From an uncultured Bacilli bacterium (GTDB lineage Bacteria; Bacillota_I; Bacilli_A; RF39; UBA660): 64,000 nucleotides of DNA. The stretch spans positions 25,097 to 89,096 of the forward strand of contig CAKPSB010000006.1 of NCBI GenBank assembly GCA_934183155.1, written 5' to 3'. Positions within the stretch are counted from its first letter, which is position 1. Every line of letters starts with the position of its first letter. The notes beneath the pieces were generated by a model. That model was not told the DNA's origin and ran no database searches. It saw only the letters and a program-made list of their open reading frames with translations. This document shows, piece by piece, positions 55,883-64,000 of this stretch. A program made the translations under genes and the position numbers.

Positions 55883-56635
55883 ATGTTGATAGATACACAC
55901 TGTCATATTAGTAAAAATGAGTATGATAATATAGAAGAAGTTATTAAGAATATGGGGGATAATATAATGATAGTATCGACTGCGAATCCTTCTGATATTG
56001 ATGAAGTCATAAAGTTATGTGAAAATTATCCTAATATTTATGGAACAGTAGGTATTCATCCAGAATTTGCTGACACTTATACGGAGAATGATTTAAAAAA
56101 AGTTGAAAAAAGCTTAACCCACTCTAAGATTGTTGGTGTTGGAGAGATTGGTTTGGATTATCACTATACAAAAAACAATATGGAAAAACAAAAAAAATTA
56201 TTTATTGAACAAATTAAGCTTGCAAATAAATATAAGAAAACAATTGTTATTCATAGTAGAGATGCTATTGAGGATACATATAATATAGTAAGTAAATATA
56301 AAAATACAAAATGTCATATGCACTGTTATAGTGGAAGTTTAGAAATGGCAAAAAGATTTATTAAACTTAATGTTACTTTAGGTATTGGTGGGGTTTTAAC
56401 TTTTAAAAATGAAAAGAAGTTAAAAGAAGTTGTAAAAGAACTTGATTTAAAATGGTTTCTTTTAGAAACGGATAGTCCTTATCTTACGCCAGAACCCTTT
56501 AGGGGTTATAAAAATGAGCCTATTAATGTTAGGTTTGTAGCTAAAAAAATTGCGGAAATTAAGGGTAAAAGTTACGACGAGGTTGCCCTTAAAACAACAG
56601 CTAATGCGTTGAGCCAATTTGACATAAATATTTAA
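55883..56635 (+). CDS. tatD: TatD-family metal-dependent DNase/hydrolase
   Basis: MLIDTHCHI...GEIGLDYHY...HSRDA...ETDSPYL are TatD motifs. ORF-track start is GTG at 55874. Confidence 0.9.
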   Translation: MLIDTHCHISKNEYDNIEEVIKNMGDNIMIVSTANPSDIDEVIKLCENYPNIYGTVGIHPEFADTYTENDLKKVEKSLTHSKIVGVGEIGLDYHYTKNNMEKQKKLFIEQIKLANKYKKTIVIHSRDAIEDTYNIVSKYKNTKCHMHCYSGSLEMAKRFIKLNVTLGIGGVLTFKNEKKLKEVVKELDLKWFLLETDSPYLTPEPFRGYKNEPINVRFVAKKIAEIKGKSYDEVALKTTANALSQFDINI

Positions 56636-56683
56636 TGGTGTTATTATACTTCTCGGTTTCAATTTTGAAATATGAGGTGAAAT

Positions 56684-57388
56684 ATGAATAAAGATCACCT
56701 GTTGAAATTAAGTTTAAATGGCTTTTTGTCATTATTGATTTTAACAGGATTATTGAGTTCTGGTAACCTAATTTCAGAAAAGAAAGTTGAAGTAAAAAAC
56801 TTAAACCAGACAAAAAATTCAGTGGCTTTAACTAAAGTCATTGAGTATGATACGGTTAAGTCTTATAACAAGTCTCTTCCTACGGGGACAACTATCACGA
56901 AAACTGAGGGGCAAAATGGACTTGCTTATGTTGATAATGAGAATAATTCTCAAATTATTGAAAGTCCTATAAATGCAGAAATCGAAATTGGAACTGGTGA
57001 TAAGGCTGATTATGTGGGAAAAATGACAGGTTATGGGGCTGACTGCGAAGGTTGCTCTAAATCAGGAACTTTATATTGTAAAACAAAAAGTGGAAATTAT
57101 TATAGTTTAACTAATGATGGCAATACGTATATGGATGATGAATATGGAAACGTTCGTATTATGGCGGCGGCTTTAGATAAATTTCCTTGTGGTACAATTA
57201 TTGAAGTTAATAATCCTAATTTAGGGACTTTCAATGCTATTGTTTTAGATACTGGTAGTGCAATGAAAAATGCTTGGTCAAGAGGTGTAGTTCATATGGA
57301 CTTAGCTTATGGTTCTGAAAAAGATCCTGAGGTTAATATTACTACTAGTTCAAATGTTAAGTATAGCGTTAAAAGATGGGGTTGGTAA
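56684..57388 (+). CDS. yabE: YabE-like G5 + 3D (MltA-like) domain cell-wall protein
   Basis: Signal/TM. G5-like middle (TEGQNGLAYVDNEN). C-terminal 3D domain with invariant Asp triad (DTGSAM, VHMDLAY). Synteny with tatD and ksgA. Confidence 0.7.
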   Translation: MNKDHLLKLSLNGFLSLLILTGLLSSGNLISEKKVEVKNLNQTKNSVALTKVIEYDTVKSYNKSLPTGTTITKTEGQNGLAYVDNENNSQIIESPINAEIEIGTGDKADYVGKMTGYGADCEGCSKSGTLYCKTKSGNYYSLTNDGNTYMDDEYGNVRIMAAALDKFPCGTIIEVNNPNLGTFNAIVLDTGSAMKNAWSRGVVHMDLAYGSEKDPEVNITTSSNVKYSVKRWGW

Positions 57389-57428
57389 AATCTCATCTTT
57401 TTAGTATAATTGTTTTGGAGGTTTTAAA

Positions 57429-58259
57429 ATGGAATATTCACCTAAAAAAATCAAGAATGATCTTGATGGCGAAAATTTTAAGTTTAAGAAAAAGTTTGGT
57501 CAAAATTTTATTGTGGATAAAAATATTATTCACAGTATTGTAAATAAAGCTAATATTGATAAGGATACTTTAGTAATTGAAATTGGCCCAGGTGCAGGGG
57601 CTTTAACAAGTGAACTTGGGAAGGTTGCAGGTAGTGTTTTAGCTTATGAAATAGATACAAGTTTAAAAAATATTTTAAATAAAAATATTGAAGATAATAC
57701 TACTGTTATATATGATGATTTTTTAAAAAGGAATGTGGCTGGTGATTTAGTTAATTATGATTTTAAAAAAATTTATGTTGTTGCTAATTTACCTTATTAT
57801 ATTACTACACCAATAATAATTAAATTAATTGAAGATAAACTTAATATTGATAAAATTGTGGTTATGGTTCAAAAAGAAGTTGGAGATAGATTTAAAGCTG
57901 TTCCAAATAGTAAGGATTATAATTCTTTATCTGTGTTTTTAAATTACTATTTTACTGTGGAAAAACTTTTAAATGTTAGTAAAAATGTTTTTATGCCTAA
58001 ACCAAATGTAGATAGTATTGTAGTAGCTTTTACAAAACGGGAAAAGAAGCCTTTTTTAAAGGATGAAAATATATTTTTTAAATTAATTAGAGATGCTTTT
58101 AGGCAAAAAAGGAAAACCCTAAAAAATAATTTAAGTAATTATAATTTGAAAAAAGTCGATGAGGTTTTAAATAAATACGGTTTTTCTTTAAGTGTTAGGG
58201 CAGAGGCTTTACCTATTGAAGTTTTTGTTGATATTTCTAACAATTTAGCTGATAATTAA
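57429..58259 (+). CDS. rsmA: 16S rRNA (adenine1518/1519-N6)-dimethyltransferase
   Basis: KKFGQNFIVDKNII, EIGPGAGALT SAM motif, NLPYYITTPII are the KsgA signature. Confidence 0.9.
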   Translation: MEYSPKKIKNDLDGENFKFKKKFGQNFIVDKNIIHSIVNKANIDKDTLVIEIGPGAGALTSELGKVAGSVLAYEIDTSLKNILNKNIEDNTTVIYDDFLKRNVAGDLVNYDFKKIYVVANLPYYITTPIIIKLIEDKLNIDKIVVMVQKEVGDRFKAVPNSKDYNSLSVFLNYYFTVEKLLNVSKNVFMPKPNVDSIVVAFTKREKKPFLKDENIFFKLIRDAFRQKRKTLKNNLSNYNLKKVDEVLNKYGFSLSVRAEALPIEVFVDISNNLADN

Positions 58260-58276
58260 AAAAATAAGGACTTGCC

Positions 58277-59113
58277 TTATATTTTATGATATATTGCGTA
58301 TATTTCACTTTTAGGTATGCCTCTTTCTTTGGCTACTTTTTTTATGGCTTCTTTGGAATTTAGACCATCTTCTATGTACAAATCAACGTGTTCTTTTACT
58401 GATAGGTTGTCAAAGTTTTTTTGCTGTTTGTTTCCTTCAACAATAATAACTATTTCACCTTTTATATTTTCTATCTCTTGGAGAATATTTTCTATATTGT
58501 CCCTAATTACTTCTTCGTATTTTTTTGATATTTCACGAACGATGGCTACTTGACGATTTCCAAATATTTCTTTTATGTTTTTTAATGTTTTTAAAAGTCG
58601 ATGAGGCGCTTCATAAAATGCTATTGGATGAGTAATATTTTTTAAGGCTTCTAATTCTTTTTTTCTTTTAGTTTCTTTGCTATTTAGAAAGCCATAGAAT
58701 GTGAATGGTCCACCTGATAGACCTGACATTACTAAAGCTGGTATTAGGGCGGTTGCTCCTGGTAGGCAAACAACATTATATCCATTTTTGATGGCATTAT
58801 TAACTAATATAAAACCTGGGTCACTAATTACAGGGGTTCCTCGATCACTGACAATGGCAATGTTTTTTCCTTGTTTTAAATATTCTAATTCTTTGTCTTC
58901 ATTTTTGTCTTCATTATATAGATGACTTGATATTAGTTTTTGTTTTATATCGAAGTGTTTTAATAATTGATTGGTTGTTCTGGTATCTTCGGCGAAAATA
59001 ACATCTACTGTTTTTAGTATATTTAATGCTCTTATGGTTATATCTTCCATGTTACCAATAGGGGTTGGAACTATATATAAAATAGGGGTTCCATCATAAC
59101 TTTTTTGTTTCAT
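58277..59113 (-). CDS. rsmI: 16S rRNA (cytidine1402-2'-O)-methyltransferase RsmI
   Basis: LYIVPTPIGNMEDITIRALNIL...AEDTR...DRGTPVISDPG tetrapyrrole-methylase-fold motifs. Confidence 0.9.
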   Translation of the reverse strand: MKQKSYDGTPILYIVPTPIGNMEDITIRALNILKTVDVIFAEDTRTTNQLLKHFDIKQKLISSHLYNEDKNEDKELEYLKQGKNIAIVSDRGTPVISDPGFILVNNAIKNGYNVVCLPGATALIPALVMSGLSGGPFTFYGFLNSKETKRKKELEALKNITHPIAFYEAPHRLLKTLKNIKEIFGNRQVAIVREISKKYEEVIRDNIENILQEIENIKGEIVIIVEGNKQQKNFDNLSVKEHVDLYIEDGLNSKEAIKKVAKERGIPKSEIYAIYHKI

Positions 59114-59122
59114 TATATCATC

Positions 59123-59842
59123 TCACTTAAAATATTTTTTTATTTCGTTTGTATATGAGCCATCATTGTTGTGGGTATATAGTGGAGGTAAAATTTTTAT
59201 TCCTTTATTTCCATTTTTCTTACCTTCTATTAATAATATATTAGCTTCTTTGTCTTTTTTTGGATAAATTAGTCTTATTTTTTTTGGCTCTATATTATAT
59301 TTTCGCATGGCTAAAAGAATATCTATTAATCTCTCTGGTCTATGAACTATGGCTAAATTGCCACCATTTTTTAGTAATTTTCTGGCACATTTTAATAAAT
59401 CTTCTAGTGTTAAATTAATTTCATGTCTTGCTGTTGTTTTATAATCATTTTTGTTTAATTTCGATTTTTCTTTAATTTCAAAATATGGTGGATTACATGT
59501 TATAGTGTCGTATGATTCATTTTGTGTCTTTTTTTTATATTCTTTTATATCATCGTTTATAATGTTTATTTGTTTTTCTTTGTTATTTAGCTTAACACTT
59601 TCTTCGGCCATTTGACTTACTTCTTTTTGAATTTCTATTCCTGTTATTTGGGCATTTGTTTTTTGTGATAATATTAGAGGAATAGGGGCGTTTCCACAAC
59701 CTATATCTAAAATTTTCTTTGCTTTTTTATTTATGGTTACAAAGTTAGCGAGTAAAACACTATCTAATGAAAAATTAAACATTTCATTGTCTTGAATTAT
59801 TTTTAAATTTTCATATCCTAATAAATAATTTGTTACTTTCAT
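59123..59842 (-). CDS. SAM-dependent N6-adenine-type methyltransferase, YabB/TrmN6-like
   Basis: Motif I DIGCGNAPIPLIL, motif IV TCNPPYF. 4-nt overlap with ricT. Confidence 0.7.
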   Translation of the reverse strand: MKVTNYLLGYENLKIIQDNEMFNFSLDSVLLANFVTINKKAKKILDIGCGNAPIPLILSQKTNAQITGIEIQKEVSQMAEESVKLNNKEKQINIINDDIKEYKKKTQNESYDTITCNPPYFEIKEKSKLNKNDYKTTARHEINLTLEDLLKCARKLLKNGGNLAIVHRPERLIDILLAMRKYNIEPKKIRLIYPKKDKEANILLIEGKKNGNKGIKILPPLYTHNNDGSYTNEIKKYFK

Positions 59843-60615
59843 TTTTTATCTATCTCAACAATTCCATAGTCTTTTACGTTTACTTTGTATTTTTGTCTTA
59901 ATATGTCTAATCCTATTATAGTACCTTCTCCTTGTTCGGTTTTGATTGTATCACCAATTTTTTTCATTCCTTTACGGCATGTTTGGTAACATTCATCTTC
60001 ATACTTTAGACAACACATTAATCTGCCACATACTCCATTTATTTTTGACGGATTTAAAGCTATATTTTGATTTTTTGCTTGATTTATTGAGACGGCATTT
60101 AAATCTTTTAAAAACCTTGCGCAGCATAGTTTTTGACCACAAGGACCATATCCACCGATTTCTTTGGCTTTATCTCTAATTCCTATTTGTCTTAATTCTA
60201 TTCTTACTTTATATATAGATGCAAGACTTTTGGCTAGTTCTCTAAAGTCAATACGGCTATCAGCTACGAATTTAAATATTATTTTATCACGATCAAAAGT
60301 ATAATTTGCTTCTATAACATTCATATTTAGTTTGTTTTTATTTACTAATTCACGACATTTTTTTAAAGCTATTAGAGAATCTTTCTGATTTTTTTTATGT
60401 TTTAAATAATCTTTTTTTGTAGAAATTCTTATTATGTTATTTTCTTCTTTTAATACTTTTTCAGAAGTAATATGGGGATTTATTACTGTTCCAAATTCTA
60501 TTCCTTGTTTTGTTTTGACTATTACAGTTAAATTTTGTTTTAAATTTAACTTACCTTTTGTACAGTAATGAATTGGCCCGTTTTTTTTGAATTGTACTCC
60601 AGCGAAGGTTTCCAT
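59839..60615 (-). CDS. ricT: RicT/YaaT (PSP1 C-terminal domain; stage 0 sporulation protein)
   Basis: Cys-rich PSP1 domain (YGPCGQKLCCARFL...CGRLMCCLKYE). Adjacent to holB as in B. subtilis. Confidence 0.8.
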   Translation of the reverse strand: METFAGVQFKKNGPIHYCTKGKLNLKQNLTVIVKTKQGIEFGTVINPHITSEKVLKEENNIIRISTKKDYLKHKKNQKDSLIALKKCRELVNKNKLNMNVIEANYTFDRDKIIFKFVADSRIDFRELAKSLASIYKVRIELRQIGIRDKAKEIGGYGPCGQKLCCARFLKDLNAVSINQAKNQNIALNPSKINGVCGRLMCCLKYEDECYQTCRKGMKKIGDTIKTEQGEGTIIGLDILRQKYKVNVKDYGIVEIDKK

Positions 60616-61538
60616 TATATTCCTCCTTCTAAACTTATTATTAATTTGTCCATTAATAAACCTGTATTGGCATTATATTTTATTTTTTCTTTTAAATTGG
60701 TTATAATATTTATTTTTGTGCATATTTGGTTTATAGTGTTTTTTTCGGCTATTTGGTTTATACTTTCGCTTTGCTCAAATATTTCTAGTTGTTTGTTTAA
60801 TTTGCTATTTAATATATCTTTATAGTATAGTGTCATTATTTCGAATGATGAATACATTTCATCCTTTGTTTTTATATAATCGTTCCATAGTTTTCCAAAA
60901 TAAAGTAGGGTATTTAAGTGATTTTTTTCATAATAATTTATTAATTCAACAACTTTATTTATTTTTTCTTCATCCATTGTTTCATTATTTATTATTTGTT
61001 TTATTTTATCAAGTTCACTTTCTTGTTTGTTTATGGTTTGTTTTAATCTTAGTATTTGGCACCTTGATCTAATTGTGGTTAAAATACTATAAATGTTATC
61101 TGTTAATAGTATGGCAATTATGCTTCCTTCTGGTTCTTCTAGAAACTTAAGAATTGAATTGGCGGCAGATTTATTTAATCGTTCAGCATTTTGAATTATA
61201 TATATTCTTTTGTTGCCTATAAGTGGCTTAGTTTCAAATTCTTTTTGTAAGTTTTGAAGTTGTTCTTTTTTTATCCACTGACCGTCTGGCTTGATTATTT
61301 CTATTTCAGGAAAATTGCCGGATTCGATTACTTCGCATTGATGACATTCACCACAGTTTATTTTTTCTAAATTTTTTTTAGGACACATTAATGATTTTAC
61401 AAATGCCATGGTAAAATTTAGATAATCATAAAAACCGCCTGTTTCTATTAAATAGGCGTGAGAACATTTATCATTTAATATGGCATTTTTTAGTATTTTA
61501 TATGTTACTTGTTGTGTGGTTTTGTAATCATTTAGCAT
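60615..61538 (-). CDS. holB: DNA polymerase III subunit delta-prime
   Basis: 307 aa. HAYLIETGG, Zn module CGECHQC, sensor SRCQ motif. Confidence 0.8.
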   Translation of the reverse strand: MLNDYKTTQQVTYKILKNAILNDKCSHAYLIETGGFYDYLNFTMAFVKSLMCPKKNLEKINCGECHQCEVIESGNFPEIEIIKPDGQWIKKEQLQNLQKEFETKPLIGNKRIYIIQNAERLNKSAANSILKFLEEPEGSIIAILLTDNIYSILTTIRSRCQILRLKQTINKQESELDKIKQIINNETMDEEKINKVVELINYYEKNHLNTLLYFGKLWNDYIKTKDEMYSSFEIMTLYYKDILNSKLNKQLEIFEQSESINQIAEKNTINQICTKINIITNLKEKIKYNANTGLLMDKLIISLEGGI

Positions 61539-61549
61539 ACTTCGTCCTC

Positions 61550-61756
61550 CTAGTAGACTACTAGTCTTATTATTATTAAAAATATTAGTGCGGGAATGCT
61601 GAAAAAGGTTATAAGAATGACAGTTATTACGTTTATTGGAATGATGGCTGTTGCTGGGGCTATAACATTGTAGCCGTATAACATAAAAAAACTTGCTACT
61701 ATTCTTTTTAGTATTTTGAATAATTTATTCAGAATTTTTAACATGTAACACCTCAA
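61550..61756 (-). CDS. bofA: BofA-like pro-sigma-K processing inhibitor (2-TM small protein)
   Basis: 68 aa. C-terminal IIPINVITVILITFFSIPALIFLIII resembles B. subtilis BofA HVPINLVTTAISGILGIPGIAALVV (from memory). Positioned next to recR as bofA is in B. subtilis. Confidence 0.5.
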   Translation of the reverse strand: MRCYMLKILNKLFKILKRIVASFFMLYGYNVIAPATAIIPINVITVILITFFSIPALIFLIIIRLVVY

Positions 61757-61781
61757 TAAATTATATAGATTTTATATTTTT

Positions 61782-62381
61782 TTATGAAATGGTTGTTCTA
61801 TCTTCAATGGCCATTTCGAGTGTTAATGGATCTATATAATCTATATCAGCTCCCATTGGAATCCCATGGGCTATTTTTGATATTTTCGTGGTTGTTCCTT
61901 CTAGCATTTTTCTTATATAAAGTGCTGTTGTTTCGCCTTCAACACTTGGTTTAAATGCTAGAATTACTTCTTTTATATTTTCTTTTTTTATTCTATCTAT
62001 TAGCTTATTTATATGGATGTCTTCAGGATTTATTCCTTCTAATGGAGAAATTAATCCACCAAGCACATGATATAGTCCTTTGTATGACCCTATTTTTTCA
62101 AATAAAACGACGTTTTTACATTCTTCTACTACGCATAGGGTTTGTTTATCTCTTGATGAATCTTGGCAGATTTGACATAATTCATCTTCTGTTAAACTAC
62201 CACAACGTGTGCAGTGTTTTATTTTTGCTTTGCCATCTTTAAGTGATGTTGAAAAAAGTTCAACTACATCTTCATCCATGTTTATTGATGCGAGGGCTAA
62301 GCGTTCAGCAGTTTTTTCACCTATTCCTGGATATTTTTTAAAACATTCTATTAAATTTAATATTGTTTTAGGGTAATTCAT
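61782..62381 (-). CDS. recR: Recombination protein RecR
   Basis: C4 zinc finger (CTRCGSLTEDELCQIC), Toprim region. 199 aa. Confidence 0.9.
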   Translation of the reverse strand: MNYPKTILNLIECFKKYPGIGEKTAERLALASINMDEDVVELFSTSLKDGKAKIKHCTRCGSLTEDELCQICQDSSRDKQTLCVVEECKNVVLFEKIGSYKGLYHVLGGLISPLEGINPEDIHINKLIDRIKKENIKEVILAFKPSVEGETTALYIRKMLEGTTTKISKIAHGIPMGADIDYIDPLTLEMAIEDRTTIS

Positions 62382-62677
62382 TAGAAAAGGCCTGGCATTC
62401 CTTGGGTATATTTGCCCATTTTTTGTTCTGTTTCTTTATCTATTTGTTTGTTTGCATCATTTACGGCTACTTGAATCATATCTTGTAACATTTCAATATC
62501 TTCTTTTTCTAAGGTGTCTGCTTCTATTTTAACGTCGGTTATTTCTTTTGTTCCTTTTACTGTTACGGTTACTATTGATGCTTTTCCAATAAAGTTTTTT
62601 TCATCTATTTCATTCTTTGCTTTTAGCATATCTTTTTGTAATTTTTGTGCTTGTTTCATCATTGCTTGTATATTCAT
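62381..62677 (-). CDS. ybaB: Nucleoid-associated protein YbaB/EbfC
   Basis: 98 aa. MNIQAMMKQAQKLQ...MPGLF is typical YbaB. Stop overlaps recR start. Confidence 0.85.
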   Translation of the reverse strand: MNIQAMMKQAQKLQKDMLKAKNEIDEKNFIGKASIVTVTVKGTKEITDVKIEADTLEKEDIEMLQDMIQVAVNDANKQIDKETEQKMGKYTQGMPGLF

Positions 62678-62694
62678 TTTATTCCTTCTTTCTT

Positions 62695-64000
62695 TTAATT
62701 ATATTCTATGATTTCTTCAAAGAGGTTATTTATGTTTTCATTTTCTTTTGAATCTTTGAAGATACTATCAAGTGGTTCTTTTTCTTCTTGATAGGTGAAC
62801 TGACGTAACTTTTGATTGAATTCTTTTTTTATTATTTCCCAGTCGTCTATATCAGTTGCAATTAAATTATATTTTTTATTTAAAATTTTTTCAATGGTTT
62901 GTTCTATAATTGGTAAATTTTCATTAAATAAGTTGGCTAATCTGTTTGTTTTATATACAAATATTAGGTTTGTATTACTGGCGGCTTTTAGCGTTCCGTC
63001 TAATATTATGGATGCTGAGTGGCTATAATCTGGATTTATAAGCATGTCATTTAATTTTTCTAATTTGGGGATTAATTGTTTTAATTCGCTTTTGTTAAAG
63101 TAGGAAAGTGTATTATCTATTCTTATATGTTTTAATTTTTCTAATTTTTCATGTATTTTTTTATTTTCTTCTATGGTTGTACTTTCTAGTTGCCTTGTTT
63201 TTTTTGTTGATGTTTGTTTGGAAAATTCTGCTGGGGTTGTATTTTGTTTCGTTTGTTCGTTTTTTGTTCTGTATTTTTCTGGGTTTTCCACAGTTTTTAT
63301 TTGTTTTTCCACATTATTTTGCTCGTTTTGGGTGTTTTTTTCTATTTTTTTGGTATTTTGAAGATTATTTTGCTCTTTTTCCACTTCTTTTTTTTGACTT
63401 TCATTTATTATTTTTATTAAAGCTAATTCAAATAGAAGTTTTGTATTATTGTTGTTTTTCATTTCAAATGAATATTTATTTAATGTTTCGATGTATGAAA
63501 ATAATTGGTTTATTGTTATTTCTTTGCTTATTTTCTCATAGTTTTCGGCATTTTGAACTTTTGTTTCAAAATATGTTTTTGCTTCTTTATAAAGTAATAT
63601 GTTTTTGATAAAATCTATTAGTTCTTCAGTTAATTTTACAAAATTTTTTCCTTTATCGTTGTAATTATCTATTTTTTCTAATAATTTATCTATTTTTTCT
63701 TCTTTTATGTCTTGAATTAGTTCTATTAAATCGTTTTCTGTTAGTGTTCCATTTATGTCATGGATATCTTCTAAGGTTATTTTACCTTCTGTATATGCTC
63801 TTGCTTGGTCTAGCATTCCTACTGAATCACGCATTCCGCCGTCGGCGAGGTGAGCTATTTCTTTTAGGGCGTCTTTATCTATGTCTATTTTTTCTTCTTG
63901 GGCTATTTTTTCTAAGTTTTTTATTATTGCGTCTTCACTTATTTTTTTGAAGTCTAATCTTTGACATCTTGATAGTATTGTTTCTATTATTTTATGTGGA
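62695..64000 (-). CDS. dnaX: DNA polymerase III subunit tau/gamma (partial; N-terminus beyond window end)
   Basis: Frame stays open upstream of the ORF-track Met to position 64000 (..IAHLADGGMRDSVGMLDQ, sensor-2 region). Low-complexity K/Q/N/E linker, conserved C-terminal domain. Confidence 0.85.
   Translation of the reverse strand, partial: PHKIIETILSRCQRLDFKKISEDAIIKNLEKIAQEEKIDIDKDALKEIAHLADGGMRDSVGMLDQARAYTEGKITLEDIHDINGTLTENDLIELIQDIKEEKIDKLLEKIDNYNDKGKNFVKLTEELIDFIKNILLYKEAKTYFETKVQNAENYEKISKEITINQLFSYIETLNKYSFEMKNNNNTKLLFELALIKIINESQKKEVEKEQNNLQNTKKIEKNTQNEQNNVEKQIKTVENPEKYRTKNEQTKQNTTPAEFSKQTSTKKTRQLESTTIEENKKIHEKLEKLKHIRIDNTLSYFNKSELKQLIPKLEKLNDMLINPDYSHSASIILDGTLKAASNTNLIFVYKTNRLANLFNENLPIIEQTIEKILNKKYNLIATDIDDWEIIKKEFNQKLRQFTYQEEKEPLDSIFKDSKENENINNLFEEIIEYN

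Noticed and set aside
1-64000. CRISPR arrays, IS elements/transposases, integrases, rRNA genes
   Set aside because: No regularly spaced direct repeats, no transposase/recombinase-like ORFs and no rRNA-like GC-rich stretches were seen anywhere in the window.

Overview
This 64-kb window is very AT-rich (roughly 28-30% GC by eye). It reads like a low-GC Firmicutes / Clostridia-like chromosome from an endospore former, using the standard code (long TGA-free ORFs such as ftsH, mfd, addA). It is gene-dense and mostly minus-strand in the first 21 kb and after 32 kb.

The backbone is origin-proximal housekeeping with strong Bacillus-subtilis-like synteny:
- rpsF-ssb-rpsR, ychF, DUF951, parB-parA
- ftsH-tilS-ung, pth-mfd, addB-addA, SNF2/SWIM helicase, typA, mreB paralog
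- spoVT-like/metG (T-box)/tatD/yabE/ksgA, rsmI, yabB, ricT, holB, bofA, recR, ybaB, dnaX (partial)
- sporulation genes spoIID, an M23 SpoIIQ-like gene, cwlJ, cwlD, cotJ, spoVT, bofA
- two tRNAs, His(GTG) and Trp(CCA)

Accessory insertions stand out. The main one is a four-gene module at about 22.2-25.2 kb, between ung and mgtA:
- a small helical protein
- a 700-aa LXG/EsaD-architecture polymorphic toxin. Its C-terminal domain carries an HEAGH...EDFAD zinc-metallopeptidase signature resembling the anthrax-lethal-factor (ATLF / MEROPS M34) family.
- a small acidic ORF, translationally coupled downstream
- a DUF4176 protein (a T7SSb/LXG-associated family)

No T7SS core genes are in the window, so this is an orphan toxin island and probably the most novel element here.

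Other accessory items:
- an Abi_2 (AbiD/F-like) abortive-infection gene wedged between htrA and cwlD
- a sortase with a VPNTG-anchored substrate
- a CotJA-CotJB fusion
- a shortened AddB lacking the N-terminal Walker A region
- a small insertion between metG and tatD

No CRISPR array, IS/transposase, integrase or rRNA was seen. Many ORF-track starts are GTG/TTG over-extensions that swallow the Shine-Dalgarno sequence; I corrected starts where the RBS was clear.
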